Part shown: positions 1-9,596 of the stretch, piece by piece
How the letters are laid out: the number at the start of each line of letters is the position of its first letter
Position numbering within the stretch: position 1 is the stretch's first letter
The notes under the pieces: generated by a model
Database searches by the model: none
What the model was told of the DNA's origin: nothing
What the model saw: the letters and a program-made list of their open reading frames with translations, nothing else
Source of the DNA: Alloascoidea hylecoeti
Taxonomy: Eukaryota
Direction: 5' to 3'
DNA: 64,000 nucleotides
NCBI GenBank assembly: GCA_001600815.1
Contig: BCKZ01000007.1
Location: 496,001 to 560,000 of the forward strand
Made by a program: the position numbers and the translations under genes

Positions 1-49
1 TGATATGATCAAAAAATGGAAATTAGAAGATGAAGAAGAAGATAAATAA
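1..49 (+). CDS. Possible 3' end of a CDS entering the window (…DMIKKWKLEDEEEDK*)
   Basis: Frame starting at nt 2 is open with codon-like GAA/GAT usage to TAA at 47-49; too short to identify. Confidence 0.35.
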   Translation, partial: DMIKKWKLEDEEEDK

Positions 50-506
50 TAAACTCCAATTTATTAGTAATAGTGTATAATTTCTTCCATCACGCAACAA
101 GCCAGCGTGAGTTCGATTCCTGATCGCAGTCTCTTTTTCTCAGAAAATAAGGCATCGCGAGGTTGTAGGTACGTATGACCTGAAATGGTCTTTGTTATGC
201 ATATGAGCAGTGAGCATTACTCCTCCGTGCAAAGACCCTCAATATGTGGAAGCCAGGGTCAGGCAACCCAGCATCCCACACGGTCCGTGGTTCGTATTCT
301 CTTTCCTTTCCTCCTTTCTTTTAATCATGGACCAGTTCACGGTCGGATCGAGGGGAGGCAGTGCTTAACTACCACTGCGGGTGTAACGCAGGCCCTAACG
401 CAGGCATCGTCGGACCGAAATCTTGAGTCTCCTGTGATTGCGTCATTCTCCAAATCACATAAAAAGATGCCAAGATCTCGGTGAATAGAACACATAATCA
501 TCCAAA

Positions 507-2060
507 ATGTCAGCCAATAGTACTTTGAAGTCTGCCATTGTACCCAGCTCCCAGCCTGCCATTTACATTCCAGATGGCCCTGCTCTCTCCTATTCCCAGC
601 TCACTGATCAAATCAGCCATTTGCAACCTTTGTTTGAGTCGTTACCTGCCCAATCCCCTGTGTCAATTTCATTAACCAATTCTCTCGAATTTACAACTAC
701 CTTTTTGGCCATCACCTTCTCAAGAAATATTGCTGCGCCTTTGAATCCAAACTATAAGAAATCGGAATCGGACTTTTATATCGATGACTTAAAATCAAAA
801 GTTGTCGTTGTTTCAAGAGGTTCCTTTTCAAAAAATACAGAGATTGTTCAAAGTGCAAAGGAGTTTAATACTGCCGTCGTTGAAGTTTGGTATGATCCAA
901 ATACCTCCTTTATTGAATACGAAATATTCAATTATCCCTCTTCTTTTCAATTAAAATCGCCTGCTACTGATGCTATTGGAACAAGATCTCCATTGCCTGA
1001 TGATGTCGCTCTAGTTTTACATACTTCTGGTACAACTGGAAGACCAAAAGCTGTCCCTTTAACTCATTTAAACATTTCAACAACAGTCAAAAATATCATT
1101 AATACTTATAGGCTACGATCTGATGATAGATCTTACTTAGTTATGCCTTTATTTCATGTGCATGGTTTAATTTGTGGATTATTGGGTCCATTAGGTTCTG
1201 GTGGTTCTGTAATTATTCCTTCAAGATTTTCTCCAAAATTCTTTTGGGATCATTTTATCAAATACAATGCAAATTGGTATACTGCTGTCCCAACAATTCA
1301 CCATATTCTGTTATCTTCTCCAAAACCAGTTCCTCTGCCCCATATTAGATTTATAAGATCTTGTTCTTCAGCTTTAGCTCCTTCTGTTTTTCATAAATTA
1401 GAAAATGAATTTAATGCCCCTGTTTTAGAAGCTTATGCAATGACTGAAGCCGCCCATCAAATGACTTCTAATAATTTACCTCCAGGTCAAAGAAAACCTG
1501 GTACTGTTGGTGTTGGACAAGGGGTTGAAATCGTCATATTAGACGAAAATGATAATATCTTACCAAATGGTAAAGAAGGTGAAATTTCAATTAAAGGAAT
1601 CAATGTTACAAAAGGTTATATTAATAATGTTAAAGCAAATAAAGAATCTTTTACTTCAAATGGTTATTTCAGAACAGGTGATCAAGGTAAAAAAGATCCA
1701 GATGGATTTTTAATTATAACTGGTAGAATTAAAGAATTAATTAATAGAGGTGGTGAAAAAATATCACCAATTGAATTAGATGGCATTTTATTACAACATC
1801 CAAAAGTTTCTGAAGCTGTTGTATTTGCTGCTGAAGATGAGAAATATGGTCAAGTTGTTAATGCTGCAATTGTAATTAAAAAAAATGAAAAAATTACTGA
1901 AGATGAAATTAAAAAATTTATGAGTGAAAAAGTTTCTTCTTATAAAATTCCTGTTAGAGTATTTTTTACAGATATTATGCCAAAAACTGCAACTGGGAAA
2001 GTTCAAAGAAGAATTATTGCAAAGACTTTCTTAGAGAAAGATTCAAAGTCAAAATTATAG
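507..2060 (+). CDS. PCS60: Peroxisomal acyl-CoA synthetase (oxalate-CoA ligase, Pcs60/Fat2 family)
   Basis: AMP-binding motif LHTSGTTGRPK, YAMTE, FRTGD, TATGKVQR; C-terminal PTS1 -SKL. Confidence 0.92.
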   Translation: MSANSTLKSAIVPSSQPAIYIPDGPALSYSQLTDQISHLQPLFESLPAQSPVSISLTNSLEFTTTFLAITFSRNIAAPLNPNYKKSESDFYIDDLKSKVVVVSRGSFSKNTEIVQSAKEFNTAVVEVWYDPNTSFIEYEIFNYPSSFQLKSPATDAIGTRSPLPDDVALVLHTSGTTGRPKAVPLTHLNISTTVKNIINTYRLRSDDRSYLVMPLFHVHGLICGLLGPLGSGGSVIIPSRFSPKFFWDHFIKYNANWYTAVPTIHHILLSSPKPVPLPHIRFIRSCSSALAPSVFHKLENEFNAPVLEAYAMTEAAHQMTSNNLPPGQRKPGTVGVGQGVEIVILDENDNILPNGKEGEISIKGINVTKGYINNVKANKESFTSNGYFRTGDQGKKDPDGFLIITGRIKELINRGGEKISPIELDGILLQHPKVSEAVVFAAEDEKYGQVVNAAIVIKKNEKITEDEIKKFMSEKVSSYKIPVRVFFTDIMPKTATGKVQRRIIAKTFLEKDSKSKL

Positions 2061-2397
2061 ATATTTTATTCAAAATTAAGATAGAAATCTAAGTTTATGT
2101 TTTGTTTTGTTTTGTTTTGTTTTTATCTTTATCTTTATCTTTATCTTTAAGATTTTATTTTGTTTAATAAGTAATTAAACTATGAAAATGATGTTGCAGT
2201 GGTAAATTTGTGTTTTTATTTTTGAACTCATGATATTGATTCTTAATTAATTCCAGATTGAAAAAGAAATAAAATATTATCACTCGTGTTACTTGGTTTC
2301 TACTAAATTTTAAGCGCTAGCTATAGGTACATCCAGGCACAAACGTCAAGTGGTTAAGCTTTTTTTTAATATCTTTCCAAATAACATATACCATAAA

Positions 2398-2760
2398 ATG
2401 ACTCCTAGAATTCCGTTAAGAAATATTTCAGACAGAAGTAATTCTAATCCCAACTAGCTAAGCGGATTGAAAACTGTAAGCTGAGTAAACATGGTGTTTC
2501 ATTTTTTGAAATAGGTAGACGGCTTAATATTCCACGTTCCTACGCATAAATCTTCTAGAAGAGGTCTTTGATGAGATTCCTGGGTGTCTCATATTCATGG
2601 AGGATAACGTGATTATCCATAAAGCTGGAAGCATGATGAATTGGTTTAGTGAGAAGGAGATAGATAGAGGCGTTGGAGTGGTATCTCTTTTCACCTGACC
2701 TGAATCCAATTGAGCACATGTGGAATCTCCTTAAAGTTCATCACAAGGCAGTAATAGAAG
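2398..2760 (+). mobile_element. Degenerate, internally deleted Tc1-family DD34E transposase relic
   Basis: FMEDNVIIH…(4-bp ATAG duplication frameshift)…LEWYLFSPDLNPIEHMW; D at 2603 and E at 2712 are 34 residues apart after removing the duplication; N-terminal-like MTPRIPLRNIS at 2398. Confidence 0.8.
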
Positions 2761-3835
2761 TTAACAGAATATGGTGAATTGTTGGGACAATCCTAATTAC
2801 ATACCCACCCCATACTTCAATATTAATATTCAAGTATTAGTGACACAAGCCCTCTACCTAATGATGATATTTAGTAATCATTTTGGAACTTAGAGAGAGA
2901 TAAAGACCGCTGATGTATTATATTCTTTTCAACAGTTGAAATAATTTTAAATGAAGCTAAAATAATGATTTCGATTAATTATAGTCTATAATGCAATGTG
3001 GTATACATGAATACATGAAAGAATGAAATTAGCTAACAAAGTATAATTGTTAATATAATTATAGATTTTCCACTATGAATTCGTCATATTGAAATTAACA
3101 CATGAGTTGCTTGGGCGATACACAGTTCGTTAATTAGCTATAACTTATTTAATTACATATTCGACAAATATATGAAAAAAAAAAAACTTTCACTATAATC
3201 GAGGTGGACAGTTCATTTCTATAAACAGTTCGCAATATTTTCTTCCTTATTTTCGTTTTCCAATTCGGCATATACATGTATGTATGTATTTTAACGATAA
3301 TGTGTTATAATTTGATGTTTGAGTGATACCTATTTCGTTACTCTTCCTCAAACTATTTCGTCATTTGGACAGTAAATATGGTGATCTTGTTTGAGAATCT
3401 TACGTCATTAATGTGACACTATTTAGCAATTGAACATTCAAATAATTCAGCAGTAGGAAGACTAATATTGAGTGTTTTCGAAAACTATTAATTCGACATT
3501 TACTAAAGTAATTATGTGCTAGAATATTCAATTGCAAAAAATCACAACTATTTTCGCTCTTTGGCATTTTGTTCTGAAAAATTCACGGGATATAACGAAT
3601 TGCGCATGTATGTAAAAGGTGGTTGGTAAAATATAAATTTACATGGCTTGCAACAGACTATAATAATATGCAAGATGGACCCACCTCTTTTTATAGTCTT
3701 CTGATAGTAGTTATAATTATAGATTTGTTGTAGTTGTAGCCATGAGTCTTGTATGTATAAATACAAATGAATATCCATCAACTATAACCTCATCCAAGTC
3801 TAATAATCACCATTCATACTTTACATATTATCACA

Positions 3836-4351
3836 ATGCAATTTTCAACCATCTTTACACTTGTTGCCGTCTTCCTCCCAGCAATCTTTGCTACATCCAC
3901 AACTTCAAATTATCTTCAGTATGTTTCATATACAGAGTCCAGTGTTCTGGCACAACAATCTGTTATTTCTGCAGCCGTCAATTCAGTTAAAGCTGGTGAA
4001 TCTACATATCTAAAGTCGCTATATGCCAGTGAATCAGCAGCAGCATCAACAGCCTCAACTACTCTTCTTACTTCTTACTTATCAGCTACATCTGTTGCTT
4101 CAGATGTTTCATCAGTCGCAGCTACAATCAAAGCATCAGGTAGCAGCGCTGAAATCACATCAAAAGCCACTTCAACAAAATCATCTAGTGAAGAATCAGC
4201 ATCAGAATCATTTTCCCAATCATCAGCTACTGTTTCGGTTAATGGATCAACGAGTGCTGCTGATTCTATTAAATTAAGTAATGAAGCATCCAGAAAATTA
4301 ATGATTGTTCCTTTAGTTATGATCATTGGATCAATTTCTTTCGGATTATAA
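3836..4351 (+). CDS. Small Ser/Thr/Ala-rich secreted, probably GPI-anchored cell-surface protein
   Basis: N-terminal signal peptide MQFSTIFTLVAVFLPAIFA, S/T-rich body, hydrophobic C-terminal tail. Confidence 0.8.
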   Translation: MQFSTIFTLVAVFLPAIFATSTTSNYLQYVSYTESSVLAQQSVISAAVNSVKAGESTYLKSLYASESAAASTASTTLLTSYLSATSVASDVSSVAATIKASGSSAEITSKATSTKSSSEESASESFSQSSATVSVNGSTSAADSIKLSNEASRKLMIVPLVMIIGSISFGL

Positions 4352-4572
4352 GTTAAACAATTAATACTACAATTATTTTCAATTGTAATGACTTTAAAAA
4401 AAAAAAAATCTTGTACATTATTTACCAATTGCAATAGCCATTATTATGGTATATCATCATCATTAGCATATGATTAAGTTCATTATTTCATATATATTAA
4501 CTCCTCAGTTAATCGGTCTTTCATTTAAAACAATATGTGTAAATATACATTAAAATAAATATAATAAAATAT

Positions 4573-5376
4573 TTAACCCGTGGGTATTTAGGTTTACAAT
4601 TCTCGCTCTTGTAAATAATCATAAAGATGTAATAGTGCTATAGTACAATTAGTTAAAAAAAACATTCAGGTAATTGATTGTTACCAGTCCTGATGAAATA
4701 TGTAAGCCACTAGCAACAAAAACTCTCTATCTCTATCTAATAACCTAGAAGATATAAAGGGAGCTGATGAAATGGGTTTGAACTAAACACTCGGTTTGAT
4801 TATGCATAATAACGATTAAATACTTATTAATGATATTGTTTAATTCTAAATTCCAACTAATATTAGGTATCATGTCAAGAATTAATTAGACTATGAATTA
4901 TTCATTAAGGATAATTTAAAATATTAATCATTACAATCAGCTAGCAACTTAGCATACCGGAACTGAATTCGTCATAAGAAATCTGAGATCTACTTGCCAA
5001 AATATCTTTCCTTAAGCTTGCAATTTAATGTGTTAGATTAAATAATGGTCCTTTGGATATCTATGATTTATTCGGCAATGGTTATTTTCTTCCCATTCGT
5101 GTAACGCTGGCTAAATCCAAGGGTTTAGGAGGGATTGAGTTTTTAAACTAGCCAGTTTCGATGGCTCGCGTCTACATTTACCTTATAATTGGAAGCTCCC
5201 GAGTCCCAATTTGACTCCCAGTACTACAACTAGGATCTGGAGGAGCTATAATTATAATCAGAGCCAGGATATCACCTTGATTTAAACAAATGGAATACCA
5301 AAATATGTGCGAGTCTCGAGACAACCTTCCGAATCCGTTAAAAAGAATGAAAAGCTTCGCGAATATCATTTTATAA
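4573..5376 (+). mobile_element. Highly degenerate non-LTR (LINE/L1-like) reverse transcriptase relic
   Basis: Ordered motif remnants across frames: LTRGYLGLQFSLL (cf. RGxRQGxPLSPLL), TLGLIMH (cf. SGLxIN), ILGI (cf. YLG), NLAYRN*…IYLPK, VTLAKSKGLGGIEF (cf. LPKxxGGLG). Confidence 0.45.
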
Positions 5377-5662
5377 CCTAATATACATGTATGAAATAAT
5401 ACTATATTAAATATAAGAATTGATGATAAGTTTGTACTTGAAAAATAAATCAAATCGAATCAAATTGATCTCTTGAATGTTGAAAACAGAAAATATACAA
5501 GGTGCTTTTGCTGCACTCTCTAGATTTAAATATAGAATTTTGTTATTGCGTGTTTCCACGTAACACAAGAAAATATTAGATGTCTGGATGTTATTAGTTA
5601 TTATCAATATTATTCGACCTTCGACTAAACATAAGCGTTATCAACACCAGCCATCTGATAGT

Positions 5663-6412
5663 ATGCAGGGAGCAATATCAAAAGATCTTCCATTACCTTA
5701 TATGCTACGGCCGAAGGCACGTGGAAGGACCTTTGGTTCCCGTCTTTCAACACCAATGAAACGTTTATTAGTTTATCTTGCAGGATTGACAGCTGCTGGA
5801 TTAATCGTCTATTTTATCGTTGCCGAAGGGTTTAAAGAAAAAGAAACAAGTTTTGAATTAGATACACATAGTGGAGTATTTGGAGGTCTTACAGATTCGA
5901 TAAATAAAGGTGCACAAGGTCAAGTTTCCGAAAATAATATTGGAGATATCCCAGAGAATGGTCAAGCAGAAGCAGTTGCAATGGCTGCGCCTGTCGATTC
6001 GCGTTTATTAAAAGAAAAGCCGTCTAAAAAGAAAAATTCTCCTGTTAAAAAATCTGGGTCAAAAAAGGGTTCTTCTAATGCTGCTGCAAAGAAAGAAATT
6101 AATAGTGATGTCGATTTACCTGCGGATAAGTTAAAGACCAAATCTGACAAAAAGGGAAACTTAGAAAAAGGTCGTGAATTTAAGAATTCAGATAAACAAT
6201 CTTTACAAGTTAAAAAGGTTGGCGTTTTGGATACAGAGGAAACCCCCTCAAAATCCAATAAAAAATTAAAGAATTCGAAAGGTAAAAAAACAACTACTGA
6301 TAAAGTGACTGATAAGGATCTTGATGATACGGAGGAAGACGATCAAGAAAAAGAAATTACAAAAGCTATGTTAATTGATGCCATTGAAAAAAAACGTACC
6401 CCTCATAAGTAA
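5663..6412 (+). CDS. Uncharacterised single-pass (type II-like) membrane protein with Lys/Asp-rich C-terminal region
   Basis: Open frame; likely start MQGAISK at 5663; one hydrophobic segment LLVYLAGLTAAGLIVYFIVA. Confidence 0.7.
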   Translation: MQGAISKDLPLPYMLRPKARGRTFGSRLSTPMKRLLVYLAGLTAAGLIVYFIVAEGFKEKETSFELDTHSGVFGGLTDSINKGAQGQVSENNIGDIPENGQAEAVAMAAPVDSRLLKEKPSKKKNSPVKKSGSKKGSSNAAAKKEINSDVDLPADKLKTKSDKKGNLEKGREFKNSDKQSLQVKKVGVLDTEETPSKSNKKLKNSKGKKTTTDKVTDKDLDDTEEDDQEKEITKAMLIDAIEKKRTPHK

Positions 6413-6555
6413 ATAGTTTTATTTTTACGTCAATAGTAATATCAAATATAATCATTCCCTGCAATATTCTACAATATCTTGGTTTTAGCATTTCTCAACA
6501 ATAATAAATATTTACTCATTTCATATATATGTATTTCATAAACATATAATTTTAA

Positions 6556-7313
6556 TTAGTTAACTCCCTTCTGAACCATATCTTTTCTTTCTTCCCATAT
6601 AGTCTTGCCGGAACAATAACAAACTTTCTTATCATTTTCCCAAATACCAGCACTCCTTGCAATAACACCAACATATTCTTTACCATTATCACCGGATACG
6701 GAAAACCCTCTACCAATAATTTCAGTGATTTTGATTTCATCTTTAATAAAAGATTGAGAAAAAAATCTCTCCTCGTGTTCTTCAGTTACAATAATTGGAG
6801 GATAAGTTTTAACTGCAGGACCCATTGATTTAACACCTTGTGAGATATCTCCGGAAGCACGTAAGGTTGGATAGTAAGTACCTTTTTCAACACCATTGAG
6901 CGTTAGATCAATTAAAGATTTGGTGCCATTACTCAAGGAGACAATTCTGGCTAGGCCTTTAACGGGTTGTAAAAGATCTGCATTGTCAAAACTCTCCAGA
7001 ATACAGACGGCTGCTGAATTTGGTTTACCAGTACCTCTGATAATTGCATCTTTTCCTGTCTCTTGAATCAGAGATATAATAGAGGAAGGTGGAAGAGATG
7101 AAGTTATCGAGACTATTTGTTTATTTAGATCAACATTGAATAATGAAATATGAGAATCTTTAGCTAAAACTGAGGAAACTGAATCCACACAAGATTGACA
7201 GTGTAATGGAACAGCATACACAGACTAGTTGAATGAATATTCCCGTTAGTTAAAAATCAAAATCAAGGGAACATAGATGTACTAACTTCATATTCATCTT
7301 TGGAGACGGTCAT
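6556..7313 (-). CDS. CCS1: Copper chaperone for Sod1; exons 7313-7287 and 7224-6556, intron 7286-7225
   Basis: Spliced N-terminus MTVSKDEYESVYAVPLHCQSC (HMA CxxC); C-terminal ARSAGIWENDKKVCYCSGKTIWEER; intron GTTAGT…ACTAAC…TAG. Confidence 0.93.
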
Positions 7314-7444
7314 TATTAATGTTAAAGATTAGTAATAATGAAATCAGAGAAGAATATTTATATAACGGCGGAGGTCACGGGATATGACTTAAATGTTGCT
7401 AATTCTGATTTCCAGCAACCCTTCTTTAATACTCTCCAATAACA

Positions 7445-8455
7445 ATGACAATGACAATAAATCCAATCCCTTCTGATTTGACTGTGTCTGATATTTTACC
7501 TCCTATAATCCTCGGGGCGGGTGTTTTCAACTATCAATATCATCCAGATGCAAATGTTGAAAAAGAATTAAATGTTCCAGCAAAAGACGTAATAAAAAGA
7601 GCATTTGAATTAGGTATTAATACTTTGGATACATCTGCCTATTATGGACCTTCAGAAATAATTGTTGGAAAGGCACTAAAAGAGCTAGATTTCCCAAGGA
7701 ATAGTTATAAGATATGCACAAAGGCCGGAAGAAATGCAGACAATACATTTGATTATAACCCAAAGGGTATTGAAAAATCAATTAATAGGTCTTTAGAAAG
7801 ATTGAATACAGACTACTTGGATGTAGTTTATATTCATGATGTTGAATTCGTACCAGAATCTGATACTTTGGAAGCAGTTGGAAAGTTATTTGAATTAAAA
7901 GAAAAAGGAATTATTCATCACGTCGGTATAAGTGGTTATCCAGTTGATTATTTAGCATACATTTCTTATAAAATTAAAAAACATTTGCAACCATTAGATA
8001 TTATTTTATCTTATTCAAATTTTTGTTTACAAAATACTATTTTAGAAAAATATTTACCGGATTTCTATTCAAAATCAAATATTAAAACAGTTGTTTTAGC
8101 AAGTCCATTAAGTATGTCTTTATTAAGATCTGGTACAACTCATGACTTTCATCCGGCATCGACTGAATTGAAAAAGTCTGTTGAAAAAGCATCAGATATC
8201 TTAAAAAATGAACATAATGTGGAACTTGCTAGTTTGGCAACAAGGTTTGTTTTGAAAGAATGGAAAGGTCCATTGGTCTTTGGTTTGGTCTCTGTAGAAG
8301 AAGTTGAAACTGCTGTTAAAACTTTTTGGGAGGTTAAAAATGATATCTCAAAGTCAGGTGAAGAATTAGTTGAAATATTTAGATCGACTTTAGGAGATCA
8401 CATCAATGAAGTTTGGCCTTCTGGAATTGAACATGAGTTCAATTGGGATAAATAG
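7445..8455 (+). CDS. ARA2: Aldo-keto reductase, D-arabinose 1-dehydrogenase (Ara2)/L-galactose dehydrogenase type
   Basis: DTSAYYGPSE, TKAGR, SLERLNTDYLDVVYIHDVEF, GISGYP motifs. Confidence 0.8.
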   Translation: MTMTINPIPSDLTVSDILPPIILGAGVFNYQYHPDANVEKELNVPAKDVIKRAFELGINTLDTSAYYGPSEIIVGKALKELDFPRNSYKICTKAGRNADNTFDYNPKGIEKSINRSLERLNTDYLDVVYIHDVEFVPESDTLEAVGKLFELKEKGIIHHVGISGYPVDYLAYISYKIKKHLQPLDIILSYSNFCLQNTILEKYLPDFYSKSNIKTVVLASPLSMSLLRSGTTHDFHPASTELKKSVEKASDILKNEHNVELASLATRFVLKEWKGPLVFGLVSVEEVETAVKTFWEVKNDISKSGEELVEIFRSTLGDHINEVWPSGIEHEFNWDK

Positions 8456-8579
8456 AGACATTTACGTATTAAATTCAGTTATTTAAAACCTATCATTATT
8501 AATTAAGCTTATACTCTAGAAATATTAGGTATCCACTTTTAAGCATAATATTATTAACCAATTGACACCTCCAAAAAAA

Positions 8580-8984
8580 GATCAGAATATGATCAATAGC
8601 AATTATGTTGGCTAACACATATACACATGCAACACACACTAAAAGAAAGAATAGGAAAGCAAGAAGAATTTTTCTTTTTATTTCTTTTGACCATTACGAA
8701 TACTTAAGTTGGAATCGGGCCTGAGAGCGATTGTAGAGTAGCATTTTCGTCCCAAAAAGGAAATAAAATCATTATGATTAGTAATGCTGATTAACACACA
8801 ATTAACACAGACACAGATACAGACACAGATACAGACACAGACACGGGCAAAAGAAAGAATAGGAGAGAAAAAGAAATTTTATCTGCCCTTGGCCATTACA
8901 AAAACGTAGCTTGGAGCTTTGCCTGAGAGCGATTCTTGAGATATCGGAGTGTAACTATTTTATTTCCTTTTTTTTTGGAAATAA
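8580..8984. repeat. Degenerate tandem duplication (~190-220 bp units) with embedded ACAGAY microsatellite
   Basis: Shared blocks AAAAGAAAGAATAGGA, CCATTAC, TTGGA, GCCTGAGAGCGATT, GGAAATAAA occur in the same order twice. Confidence 0.7.
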
Positions 8985-9045
8985 ATTTAAAGGTGCCAGT
9001 CGTCGCTCGCTCTCTTATATTCTTTGTCTAGATCTCATACAAATA

Positions 9046-9249
9046 CAGTACTTTGCGTAAATATCGACCACTTATTAAATTATATATTCGCTCACCATGC
9101 ATAATTATTCGATCACTCGGTACCGTAGAGCCAAAACGCGGGCTACTCCCCTATAGGCAGTAAGTCATGCAGCCACTCGGGTACTTGTGGTCGAATAATT
9201 ATGCATGGTGAGCGAATATATAATTTAATAAGTGGTCGATATTTACGCA
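9046..9249. mobile_element. MITE with ~63-bp terminal inverted repeats, Tc1/mariner-type end
   Basis: 9054-9116 is the reverse complement of 9187-9249 with one mismatch; left end TA|CAGTACTTTGCG; outer 8 bp of the right end missing. Confidence 0.8.
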
Positions 9250-9596
9250 TAATTCGCTCAATCAGATCTTATAATTACATATGTAATGTAGAGTTATTTC
9301 TTTCTATCATAATAGCGTTAATAAATTTATAGGCTTTACGTTACTTTCAATAGTTCACATTTGTTATTTACCACTGAATAGTGTGGGTAGACAGTATTTT
9401 TCAGTCGACTAATGGATAATTCACTTTGTATTATCGTATACTCAAGCCTACAATTAGGAGAACACTATGAAATTGAAATTAAGATTTAACTCCAATTTGA
9501 GAAACGAAAGCAATTATATATCTAAGGATTAATAACAAGTCTATATATCTAAATAACTCTATAAATATTGTCTAAATTAAACAAGAAAAAAAAACG

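Noticed and set aside
185..484. 99-aa ORF upstream of PCS60
   Set aside because: No recognisable motif; an open frame is expected in this GC-rich structured patch
2081..2165. TTTTG and TTTATC short repeats
   Set aside because: Ordinary 3'-UTR microsatellites
2861..2914. ATGATGA…CTGA box C/D-like pair
   Set aside because: Only ~50 nt apart with no convincing terminal stem or recognisable guide
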